Below are positions 1 through 9,068 of a DNA stretch of 32,000 nucleotides, in pieces; position 1 is the first letter of the stretch; the number at the start of each line of letters is the position of its first letter. The position numbers and the translations under genes are program-made. The DNA comes from Candidatus Midichloria mitochondrii IricVA. GTDB taxonomy: Bacteria > Pseudomonadota > Alphaproteobacteria > Rickettsiales > Midichloriaceae. The notes under the pieces are model-generated. The model worked only from the letters and a program-made list of their open reading frames with translations. It was not told the origin of the DNA and did not search any database. The stretch lies in the NCBI RefSeq assembly GCF_000219355.1, contig NC_015722.1, positions 870,001 through 902,000 of the forward strand. The letters run 5' to 3'.

Positions 1-29
1 GATGCGCTACCGGACTGCGCCATGCCCCG
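1..29 (-). tRNA. Partial tRNA cut by the window edge (acceptor strand and D-arm only); the D-arm most resembles tRNA-Pro
   Basis: Reverse complement of 1-30 reads C-CGGGGCA-TG-GCGC-AGTCCGGTA-GCGC-ATC: a 7-nt acceptor strand, TG at positions 8-9, and a 4-bp D stem around an AGTCCGGTA loop. The anticodon lies outside the window, so the isotype is a guess from D-arm similarity. Confidence 0.5.
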
Positions 30-334
30 GGGTCTTTCAACGGCCTTTCTATATCATTTAATAGAACCTTTCAAGTCTAAAATATAGCTAAACACTAGAT
101 ATTTTTTTCGCTATTTAATAATGAAATGTAAAAAGGAAATAAAAATTAAAGGATAACTCACCGTTATTGCAACACCTGTCCCCGTACTCCTGTCTACTTT
201 TTTTAAAGTATAATCTGAGTCTTTTAAAAGATCCTGTAAATCATTCAATTTTTTCTGTTCTATATTGCAATAAATCATTATGAAAATAATTATATTTCTC
301 CAAAATCCTTAAATGACTATTAATAATGCCCCTC

Positions 335-538
335 TCAATAATCCTTCTTAGAGTTTTTACAATTAATTCTCAAGTTATTATTATAAATTATCTTCTCTAC
401 TTTTAGGGTTAATTCGTCTTCTATTAATTCACAGATAGCGATATACTTTTGTTCGGTAATCGACTGGGCTTTGCTAATAAAATTAATTATCTCTAACAAA
501 TTATCTTGATTTATTTGCTGCATATTACTATTTACCAT
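335..538 (-). CDS. Hypothetical 67-aa protein
   Basis: Only ORF of 60 aa or more between the tRNA stub and the decayed kinase gene. No recognisable motif. Confidence 0.25.
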   Translation of the reverse strand: MVNSNMQQINQDNLLEIINFISKAQSITEQKYIAICELIEDELTLKVEKIIYNNNLRINCKNSKKDY

Positions 539-959
539 AGTTAACTCATCCTTATAGTCAGTTTTAAAACTTAAAAAACTTATGAGACCTGGGTCATGCA
601 GCAGCTCGCTTTAAATTTTTAGTGCTCTCCCCTATTATTTCTTCTAAAATACTTTTTAAATCGTAAAGACCCCATCGATATTCTTATTGTTGGACTTAAA
701 CAGCGGTACGCCCTAAAACTTTATAAATAAATCTACTGCTGCCAGTGCCGAATCCCTCTTTCAAAAACTTCTTACAGTGAATTATATATTCGCATGCTTT
801 TTTTGAGTGTCATCAGTAATAGACTCCTTAATAAAGCTAAAAAATTTGATTTTATTAAGTCAAGTACTGCGGGCCGCTGTAGGGCTTGACCTATCGCTGA
901 AGGATAAATTCTTAACTCTAATTAAGGGCTGTTTATCCAAGTAAAGAATAATTGCTGCT

Positions 960-1808
960 AATCAAATCCTCCATTAATCTTGCTTATCCAAATTGTATTT
1001 ATAGTATTTCCAAGCTCAACATTTTTGGGAAGTAAAGCGTTTTCTTTTATAATATCTGGAATAGTATCTTGATAATTATTATAAATACTAAAGGGCACTA
1101 GGCTTAAAGCATAACAATCTGCTTTAAAAAGTCCTTAGAAAATTTATAGTTGGGTTGCTATGGGGTTTCAAAAAACAACTCTTGTGAGGCTTCGCAAGGC
1201 CCTGAAATAAATTCCCCTAATGGTAATCCCCTTCCACCTCATCAAAAAATATATTATCGAGATTCAAATTGCCATGCTGAATCTCTCTTTTATGTAGGTG
1301 CTCTAAAATATTGCAAATAGACCCATAAACCGTGTTTACGGAGCACTATATTTTCTTTAAACATTTCTATTTGGTCCCTTAATGAACGACCTTTTGGTTC
1401 ATTAAACACCATTAGGAGTTTCCTAGTGTTTGAGATTGGAATATATCCAATCTCAATAGGATTAACCATTCCTTTAATAGGATTTTTTACAAGCTAACAA
1501 TCTCTGGCAACATCACCCCATGGTCACTGCCGTGAAACAGTAACCCATAATAGGTTTGTTTATCCTTACCCCCGCTTTTCTCTTTAAACTACTGGCCTGG
1601 CCTAAAATACCGCCCCGATACAGTCCTACTCAAGGGGGGATAACTAGAACAATGAGCTAGGCAAGCCTTTTTGCTCCTATAACAATCAAACTTTTCTGGT
1701 CTTTTCCCGTATGTTAACCGTATAACGTTGATTAATACGACACTCTCCGGTAGAGACTGATATCAACCCATTTTCTAAAAAAGAATTTATATGAGCTGTA
1801 TCAGTCAT
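960..1808 (-). pseudogene. Decayed APH/choline-kinase/type-II homoserine-kinase-fold phosphotransferase
   Basis: No ORF of 60 aa or more. Minus-strand translation gives MTDTAHINSFLENGLISVSTGECRINQRYTV from ATG 1808-1806, and LEHLHKREIQHGNLNLDNIFFDEVEG around 1238-1276. The latter is the HxDxxxxN catalytic-loop context with the Asp read as Asn. Many stops and frame changes lie between. The 3' limit is approximate. Confidence 0.5.
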
Positions 1809-1812
1809 CTTT

Positions 1813-2271
1813 CTATCCAGTAATGTGCTTCAAAATATTGGCTGCATGGCCAGTCACACTGACATTCTTCCATACCTTTTCTATAAATCCTTCTTCATTT
1901 ATCAAAAAGGTAGTTCTATTAATTCCCATATATTTTTTTCCGTACATGCTTTTTTCGCCCCAAACACCATAAGCTTCACAAGTACTACAATTCTCATCTG
2001 ACAATAATGGAAAAGACAAACACTCTTTTTCTGCGAATTTATTGTGGCTTTCGATAGTATCTTTTGAAATACCTAAAATTAAGGTATTTTTTTCCTCGAA
2101 TTCATTCTTTAATGCCTGAAAATCTCTAGCCTCCAAGGTGCACCCTGGAGTGTTATCTTTTGGATAAAAATAGAGGACAATTTTTTTGCCTCCTAGATCT
2201 TTTAAAGATATATCCTCACCAAGGCTGCTTGGCAGCGAAAAATTTACAGCTTTTTGTCCTTCTTTTAACAT
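1813..2271 (-). CDS. bcp: Thiol peroxidase / peroxiredoxin Bcp
   Basis: 152 aa. Contains VLYFYPKDNTPGCTLEARDF, with the peroxidatic Cys in a PxxxTPGCT context. Length and overall pattern are typical of Bcp. Confidence 0.93.
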   Translation of the reverse strand: MLKEGQKAVNFSLPSSLGEDISLKDLGGKKIVLYFYPKDNTPGCTLEARDFQALKNEFEEKNTLILGISKDTIESHNKFAEKECLSFPLLSDENCSTCEAYGVWGEKSMYGKKYMGINRTTFLINEEGFIEKVWKNVSVTGHAANILKHITG

Positions 2272-2277
2272 ATATAC

Positions 2278-2994
2278 TTAATATAATCTTAATCCTCCAT
2301 TAATAGGTAACACAACTCCCGTCATAAATCCAGCATCTTCTGCAGCTAAGAATAAGGCAGCTCTTGCAATTTCATGAACTTCTGCTAGGCGTCCCATTGG
2401 TACCCTCTCAATTATTTTATCTAACGCCTCTTTTGGCATAGCTGCAACCATTTCAGTATTTACATACCCAAGGCGCTATTGCATTTGCAGTAATACCATA
2501 TCTAGCACCTTCTAAAGCCAAAGCCTGTGTGAACCCTTCAATACTAGCTTTTGCTGCCGAATAATTAGTTTGCCCTAGCATACCATGTGCATTTACTGAA
2601 CTCATACTAATAATCCTACCAAATTTATTTTCTCTCATTTTTTCTATAACCACACGAGACATATTAAACACTGATGAGAGATTAACATCAATAAGAGGTC
2701 CCAATTCTCCCTTGATTGCTTATGTAGCATTCCGTCTCGAGTAATACCTGCATTGTTAATTAATATCTCAATATTTCCACCTAACTTTTCCTCCACTTTT
2801 GAAATATTGGCCTTACAAACCTCAAAATTCGAGACACCCCATTCGATTGCGCTTATATCATCTTTTTCTATTTTCTGAGCTTCTGTAGGCCCTCCTATGT
2901 AGGCCACACAAACCTTGTATCCCGCTTTTTTAAAGGAGGTAGCAATAGCATACCCTATGCCTCTTGTTCCACCAGTTACTAGTACTCTTCTCAT
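2278..2994 (-). pseudogene. phaB: Acetoacetyl-CoA reductase (PhaB-type SDR), frameshifted
   Basis: N-terminal RVLVTGGTRGIGYAI...INNAGITRDG (ORF 2644..2994) continues in another frame as LIDVNLSSVFN...SSVNAHGMLGQTNYSAAKASIEGFT...ITANAIAP (2453..2704). It then continues in a third frame as GYVNTEMVAAMPKEALDKII...GFMTGVVLPINGGLRLY, stop 2280-2278. Lesions are 1-nt indels near 2697 and 2468. It sits directly downstream of a thiolase gene. Confidence 0.85.
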
Positions 2995-3015
2995 ATTAAC
3001 TCTCCTTAATTTTAA

Positions 3016-4196
3016 TTAATCAATATTTTCTAAACACATTGCAACTCCCATGCCTCCACCAACGCAAAGCGTGGCTAACCCCTTTTTAGCATGACTTCTT
3101 TTCATTTCATGAATTAAGGTTACCAATATTCTAGCACCACTTGCTCCAATAGGGTGGCCAAGAGCAACTGCTCCACCATTAACATTAACTCTATTAATGT
3201 CCCACCCCATTTCTTTATTTACATAAATTGCTTGGACTGCAAACGCTTCATTTGATTCGATTAGTTCCACTTCATCAACTTTCCAACCAGACTTAGCCAA
3301 TGCATTCTTTGAGGCAGTTACGGGTGCAACCCCCCATAATTTGCGGATCAACTCCAGAAATAGCATAAGATTTTATAGTTACCAATGGCTTGATATTTCT
3401 TTTCTTTGCTTCTGAAAGCTTCATTATCATAACTGCAGCAACACCATCACTAATCCCTGAAGCATTTCCAGCTGTCACAGTCCCGTTCTGTTTAAATGCC
3501 GGCTTTAAGAGAGATAGCTTATCTAAGCTTACATCCGCTTTAATAAATTCATCTTTATTAAATATAGTTTCTTCAGACTTAGAGCTAAGTGTGATTGGAA
3601 CTATTTCGTCGCTAAACTTTTTCTACGCATCTAATGCCTTGTACTGCGACGAAAGCGCAAATTCATCTTGTTCTTGCCGCGATATATTAAATTTCTCAGC
3701 AATATTTTCAGCAGTAATGCCCATACGAACTTGAGAGAGAGCGTAAGTTAAACCATCGCTAATCATAGTATCTAAAAGATAGGCCTGCCCCATCTTAACT
3801 CCCGTCCCTTATATGTACGGCATGTTTACTTTGGCTCATACTCTCTTGACCGCCAGCAATCACTATATTATTCCTACCACAAAATATACTTTCAAATCCT
3901 AGAATGGCTGATTTCAAACCAGAGCCGCAAACTTGATTAATAAGCCAAGCAGGTACAGTCTCAGGTATTCCCTCATTAATAGCAGCTTGCCTCACAGGAT
4001 TTTGACCACATCCAGCAGTCAGGACTTGCCCCATTATTACTTCAGATATTTCAGCAGGAGCGATACCGCTTGTTTCTAATATCTTTTTTAAAACTATTTC
4101 ACCCAGGTCAGCCGCAGAAAATCTTGCTAGACTACCATTAAAATTACCAATAGGTGTTCTACATCCTTGAGTTATTACTATTTCTTCGTGCAGCAC
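3016..4196 (-). pseudogene. phaA: Acetyl-CoA acetyltransferase (thiolase, PhaA-type), multiply disrupted
   Basis: N-terminal EEIVITQGCRTPIGNFNGSL...NQVCGSGLKS (3795..4226). The middle part [33 protein letters not shown] is followed by an in-frame TAG at 3625-3623. C-terminal NEAFAVQ...[14 protein letters not shown]...[11 protein letters not shown] (3016..3366). There is a frameshift near 3800 and another at a C6 run (3330-3335). Confidence 0.85.
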
Positions 4197-4375
4197 CGAA
4201 AACCACCATAATTCTATAAAAATCATAGTATTAATAATGTAGGCTCTTATATAAAAAGCAACTTTATACTAACTAGTATAGTTAATTATGAGGAACTTTT
4301 TTCTCGTGCACAACTAAGAATATTTTAAAATAACTCTAAGATTTAGCTTTATCCAATTAATTATTAGCTCAAAAA

Positions 4376-5162
4376 TTATAATTCAAAATTCAAACTAGCA
4401 GGTATTGGTCCCAGTTCCCCTTCTGAATAAAAGTCCATTTCCTGGTTCTCGTGTTGGGTATATTCCCTATTATATTTATATGCTTCATCTAATGACTTAA
4501 CTGTAACACTTAAGATATTAGTTATATAGGTATCTAAATATTACATTCCTTTGGGGGCTAATTTAGTAATTATATTATAAGCAGCTGAAATCCTGAATCC
4601 GTCCCAGAAATCTGAGCTTCGAGCCACAACAACAAATATACTTTTATTCTCATAAATATCTTCATCATTATAAAGAGCTGGTGATGTGATTGAATAAGTA
4701 ATACCAGAGAGTACGGTGCTCATTAACATACCATCGCATAATCCATGTATTTCATCTATGTCCTTATTACATACCAAGAAATATAAAAAAGACTTGATAA
4801 AGTATCTAACGCCATATATCACCATCTCAGGTAATTTTTCAGCCTCTTCTTGCTTAAGCTTGATTCCAGGGTGGTGTAATCATTCATAGTATTGCTCAAT
4901 TCCAAGGATAAACACATACCAATAGCATAAGTGTGGCAGCCTTAAATATCGGTAGACTAGTTTCATAAATAAAGCTATCAGCGAAATTAATTGCAGCATT
5001 ACAAAGAATCCCATTGCTTATACCATCACTTATTATTCTGGTCTTCTCTGGAAACCGTCCTTTGTAGCTCGCGCCAAGGAGATACCGCGCTACAGCATTC
5101 ACTGAAGATGCCACTAACAAATTAGTGGTATGATGTTTAATGTCAGGTAAATTACCTAGCAT
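4376..5162 (-). pseudogene. Unknown-function gene (~260 codons) broken by a frameshift and an in-frame stop
   Basis: ORFs 4896..5162 and 4541..4825 are co-directional. The second frame is open from 4876, 14 nt after the first stop. After the TAA at 4543-4541 the same frame stays open for 54 more codons (YLDTYITNILSVTVKSLDEAYKYNREY...LNFEL) to 4376. No family recognised. Confidence 0.45.
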
Positions 5163-5255
5163 AATATACTATTACTTAATTCGGTTAAATGATTATACGG
5201 ACCCCCTAATTGGTAGGTAAGCTCTACCGCTGAAGATACCACCAATTAAGGTTTT

Positions 5256-5700
5256 GCATTGCCTGGTAATTATAGACAGCAGTGAGAGAGTGTGATATCT
5301 TCGTAATAGAATGGGAGTAGAAATGACAATCAAGTGTAAATATTGCGGCTCTAGCGAGCAGGTGAAGAATGGCGTGGTGTAGGGACAGCAGAGGTATAGA
5401 TGCAAGAATTGCAAAAAGAATTACCGAGAAGGTGATAAGCGGTAGAAATACACGATGAGTGATAGACTTAAAACTTAACCTTGAGGACTGTGGGATTAGG
5501 ACGATAGAGAGACTGACTGGAAATCCATAACAGCCAAATATCTTCATGGATCGAAGGACGGGGGGAGGCGCTGTGTGCAAGAAAAGTCGAAGAACAAAGC
5601 ACTATAGCAAATTCCTGAGGATGCTTTGCGCTACTCTTACCCTCTTCTTCCATAGGCATTTGCTGGATTTGAAACTCCTATCCAAACATTGGGCAATGCC
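5256..5700 (+). mobile_element. IS1-family element, internally deleted derivative (both ends kept, transposase core missing)
   Basis: Left end tgcattgcctggtaattatagac and right end gggcaatgcc match the ends of the full-length copy at 26099..26914. It has an InsA-like zinc-ribbon remnant, MTIKCKYCGSSEQVKNGVV*GQQRYRCKNCKKNY, from 5323. The sequence jumps from gtgcaagaaaagt straight to cgaagaacaaagcactatagcaaattcc, skipping the ~361 nt found between the same landmarks in copy 26215..26575. Confidence 0.7.
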
Positions 5701-5782
5701 TTAGCCGTAATAAGGTCTTTAAAGGCATTGCTCAGCACGGAAACGTCGACTGGATGGTGCGTTAGCGCGCTAACCCTCGATG

Positions 5783-6571
5783 CTATAGTGAACTGCGCAT
5801 TGCTTCCCAAATTTTTATTGCACGAGCATGTATATTAACGTTATGAACTCTTAAATAGTCAACACCTTGTAATACCATATATAGGGAAGCCGCTAGAGTT
5901 TCTATATCTCCGCCTTCGGGCGGGAATTTGGTCATAGATTCAAGAAATGATTTTCTTGAATGTCCTATATAGATTGGAACATTTAATGACTTGAAAAACA
6001 CTAGCTCTGAGATAACTTTCAAAGATAAACTCGGATTAGTTGCAAAACCGATTCCTGGATCAAAAATTACTCTGCCTAACTCAATTCCTTTCGCTTGCAA
6101 TAAATCTAACTTACTCTTGGCAAAATCATATATTTCCTCCCGACTTTTGGCCCTTATTTCTTTATTGGCAGGTAATGCAAGACTATACATAAAAACATAT
6201 AAAGCGTGTTTATTTTTTGCTATCACATCAAGTATTCTTTGATCTTTTGCACCGCCAACATCATTAATCATATGTACACCAAGATCTACAGCTTTCTCAG
6301 CATTTTCTGGATAAAAAGTGTCTAAGCTGATTAAATGCCCATATTTCGGCGCAATTATATGTAATAGTTCTTGAACTCTGCTCCATTCTTCTCCTGCACT
6401 TAAAAGAATTCTATTATAACTTGTCGAATTCGCCCCAATATCCACAATATCTGCTCCATCTTCCAGCATTCCTTCAAAGTGTTTTTGAGCCGTCTTTAAA
6501 CTGAAAAAACTTCCTCCGTCAGAAAAAGAATCCGGGGTATAATTTAAAATTCCGACGATTTTAGTCTGCAT
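5783..6571 (-). CDS. folP: Dihydropteroate synthase
   Basis: 262 aa. Motifs GILNYTPDSFSDGG, ISLDTF...MINDVGG, DPGIGFA, IGHSRKSF and RVHNV. Confidence 0.92.
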   Translation of the reverse strand: MQTKIVGILNYTPDSFSDGGSFFSLKTAQKHFEGMLEDGADIVDIGANSTSYNRILLSAGEEWSRVQELLHIIAPKYGHLISLDTFYPENAEKAVDLGVHMINDVGGAKDQRILDVIAKNKHALYVFMYSLALPANKEIRAKSREEIYDFAKSKLDLLQAKGIELGRVIFDPGIGFATNPSLSLKVISELVFFKSLNVPIYIGHSRKSFLESMTKFPPEGGDIETLAASLYMVLQGVDYLRVHNVNIHARAIKIWEAMRSSL

Positions 6572-7055
6572 ATTTTTTTATATTGGTAATAATTTTTGGT
6601 TTAATATTTTTTAAAAATTCCCCACTTATTGGATGCTTGGCATCAGGCCATATCTCGACTGCTGGCAGCAAAACAAAATCTCGCGACAACATCGCGGGGT
6701 GCGGAACCTGCAAACTACTTTGCTGAATAAACAAATTATCTACTAGCAATATATCAATATCTATAAATCTTGGGGCCCACCGTTCCTTGCTCGTTCTTCT
6801 ACCAATTTTTTCTTCAATTTTTTGAAACAGAGGAAAAATCTTGATAGGCTCTAAGGGCGACCAGCCGGTTAAACACATATTAAGATAAGGTATATCCCAT
6901 TCCTTTGGAGCATTTTCAAGGAGCACCGCTTCTGATTCATATAATGAAGATTGTTTAATATCAGCTAATATTTGAGCAAGTTCGGTAATAGCTTTCTCCA
7001 AACTTTTTTTTCTATCACCTATGTTAGAACCCAAACCTAATAAGTATTGGTACAC
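6561..7055 (-). CDS. folK: 2-amino-4-hydroxy-6-hydroxymethyldihydropteridine pyrophosphokinase (HPPK)
   Basis: 164 aa. Motifs LGLGSNIGDR, PRFIDIDILL and VPHPAMLSRDFVLLP. GTG start at 7055-7053. Overlaps folP by 11 nt. Confidence 0.9.
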   Translation of the reverse strand: MYQYLLGLGSNIGDRKKSLEKAITELAQILADIKQSSLYESEAVLLENAPKEWDIPYLNMCLTGWSPLEPIKIFPLFQKIEEKIGRRTSKERWAPRFIDIDILLVDNLFIQQSSLQVPHPAMLSRDFVLLPAVEIWPDAKHPISGEFLKNIKPKIITNIKKYAD

Positions 7056-7624
7056 TACTTTATTTTATCCTCCACATCAAAATCTCTGGTTTCTTGATCA
7101 GATTTCAAAAATTTATCGTAAGAATCACGATTTGTTATCTTTGTTAAATCCGCATTAGAATTGTTTTTTAAACAATTCTTAAAAAGATTCAATAACAATT
7201 TACTTAATTCTAACGCCGCCTCACCATGCTGAACATTTTGCAGTAAATAAAAAAAATTTATTTTGGCCAATAACACATCAAATCTATTTCTTAAAAACCT
7301 TATGTAATCTATGATTTCCTTTTCTCCCCTTATAGATTGACACTCATAAATAAAGGCTTCCATCAATTCCTTTGCTCTCATTACAGCCTTTGCAAAATCT
7401 GTTTTATATTTTATTAACTCCTCGCTGGCCTCTAATTTATCATTAGACTGCATCTCAGTAATTCTTTTACAATGATCAATACTTATCTCTAAAGAATTAA
7501 TGACTTCTTCAATGGCCTTGATGCATACACTTAAATAATTCTCCCCTGTGATTTCAGTTTGGTATTTGGAGCCAATACTTTTAGTGACTTGAGCTTCACC
7601 AATATTTAAAAGATACAAAGACAT
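7055..7624 (-). CDS. Hypothetical helical protein in the fliS position (possible FliS-like chaperone)
   Basis: 189 aa with no antisense alternative. It starts 9 nt after the FliD-like ORF. Its TAG stop (7057-7055) shares one base with the folK GTG. There is a loose resemblance to the FliS pattern: SKYQTEITGENYLSVCIKAIEEVI, AKAVMRAKELMEAF, IIDYIRFLRNRFDVLLAKIN. The family assignment is tentative. Confidence 0.55.
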   Translation of the reverse strand: MSLYLLNIGEAQVTKSIGSKYQTEITGENYLSVCIKAIEEVINSLEISIDHCKRITEMQSNDKLEASEELIKYKTDFAKAVMRAKELMEAFIYECQSIRGEKEIIDYIRFLRNRFDVLLAKINFFYLLQNVQHGEAALELSKLLLNLFKNCLKNNSNADLTKITNRDSYDKFLKSDQETRDFDVEDKIK

Positions 7625-7633
7625 ACTTCCCTA

Positions 7634-9052
7634 TTACCGATTAAATAAAGATTTTATATGAGCGGATTTTGAGCGAATACCCGCAATATTTGCTAGCTCC
7701 CTCTTTATATTGACTTCTATTTTCTTTATCTCTTCAACGTCTATCCTGTAAATTTCATCTGTTTCCTCTCTAATAAGAGTTTTTAATCTATCTTGGGCAT
7801 TTTTAACAAAACCGTTAAAAGATAAATAGTTCTCTATAGTATGATAGAATTTATCAGCTATACCTTGCTTGATTTCTAGCTTTACGTGTTCGTCTCCGCC
7901 CCCAAAATAAAACATTCGTAATCCCTTGGTTTCTACTGATCCTTCCTTATCCGAGGGCCAATCTAAAATTTTGATTTCTACATCTTTATCTTTAAGACTA
8001 GTTGAAGATGAGGGGATATATAAGGCTTTCTTAGGATATTTTTCTCCAAATTGTAGTACATCAACTTTAACAATTTCAGAAACATCTAAAAATCTTTTGC
8101 CTCGGTTTTCAAAATCCGTAGAGAAAATACTTTTAAAAATCTTATCTGGATCAGAAACTTTAATGTTTGCTTCAGTAATTGCGGTTAAGTCTAAATTATA
8201 AGCACCCGAAGAACTAGTAGCTATAGATGCTCTCACACCTGCTTTAGCGCTATTAATCTTATCACTAATGCGTTGAAGTGTATCATCACTTTTAATCTCT
8301 ATCTTAATCCCATTTATAAAGAAAGAACCGGCAATCAAAAGGCTTTGAGCGCTTGAAGAAACTGTTACAATATCCTTATCAGCAAAATCAACACTTTTAT
8401 AAGATTCTGGCTTAATATCAAAAATATCATCAAGTACTCTATCATAATCAGCAAGAATTGGTGGCCATTTAACTTCCGGATTATAAAGGCGTCTAAAAGC
8501 ATCTGATTTTGTTAGGTGTATTTGATAAGAGGAATTATTCGCTATAACCTTTGCTTCTATACCACTATATTCTTTTACTTCATTAATGCTTCTAGCTAGC
8601 ACATCCATATCACTTCCACTCTCTACATAAACGATTTGGCCATTCAGGAAAAATTGGCCGGCTTTGAATGCCTGCTGATTAGTCAAGGGCGTACTAACAG
8701 TCGATTTAAATGTTATTCTATTTTTGTCTATATTAAAATCTACTGATTCAATAGTCTCGTATTTAATATTATTATTTTGGGTTAAAGGATATAAATCCTT
8801 AGAACCCTTAGCACTATAGACAAACAGGTTTTTTACTTGCTCGAAATTTTTGTCTAGTGCCTCTTTGAATTTAGCCCTATCAAAAAATATTAGGCCCTTT
8901 GATATTTCTTCGGTAGAGCGAACATAGCTAAAATTCTTATCCTCAAATGCAGAAATCTTCTCTTGTTTGAAATCAATACCAATATCCTTAAAGTTTGCTT
9001 TACCAATTATTGTATCAACACCAAAGGCCTTAACTAAGGAATCAAATTTCAC
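7634..9052 (-). CDS. fliD: FliD-like flagellar filament cap protein, C-terminal half (expanded)
   Basis: 472 aa with a GTG start. GLIFFDRAKFKEALDKNFEQVKNLF matches the L-lD-kL-AL-n-V-lF element of FliD_C. It has two flagellin-IN-like motifs (FFLNGQIVYVESGSDMDVLARSINEVKEYSGIEAKVI; FFINGIKIEIKSDDTLQRISDKINSAKAGVRASIATSS). C-terminal helix: GIADKFYHTIENYL...DRLKTLIREETDEIYRIDVEEIKKIE. Confidence 0.7.
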   Translation of the reverse strand: MKFDSLVKAFGVDTIIGKANFKDIGIDFKQEKISAFEDKNFSYVRSTEEISKGLIFFDRAKFKEALDKNFEQVKNLFVYSAKGSKDLYPLTQNNNIKYETIESVDFNIDKNRITFKSTVSTPLTNQQAFKAGQFFLNGQIVYVESGSDMDVLARSINEVKEYSGIEAKVIANNSSYQIHLTKSDAFRRLYNPEVKWPPILADYDRVLDDIFDIKPESYKSVDFADKDIVTVSSSAQSLLIAGSFFINGIKIEIKSDDTLQRISDKINSAKAGVRASIATSSSGAYNLDLTAITEANIKVSDPDKIFKSIFSTDFENRGKRFLDVSEIVKVDVLQFGEKYPKKALYIPSSSTSLKDKDVEIKILDWPSDKEGSVETKGLRMFYFGGGDEHVKLEIKQGIADKFYHTIENYLSFNGFVKNAQDRLKTLIREETDEIYRIDVEEIKKIEVNIKRELANIAGIRSKSAHIKSLFNR

Positions 9053-9068
9053 TTCTTCGGGGATATTA

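Noticed and set aside
5193-5659. Three overlapping minus-strand ORFs (73, 118 and 63 aa)
   Set aside because: They are antisense to the InsA-like zinc-ribbon remnant of the IS1-family derivative, overlap each other in different frames, and have low-complexity composition.
5701-5780. Possible additional IS1-like fragment just outside the right end of the deleted IS copy (ggtctttaaaggcattgctcagcac resembles aattctttaaaggcattatctagctc of the IS interior)
   Set aside because: Only ~14 identical nucleotides plus a loose continuation. This is too short to call without an alignment search.
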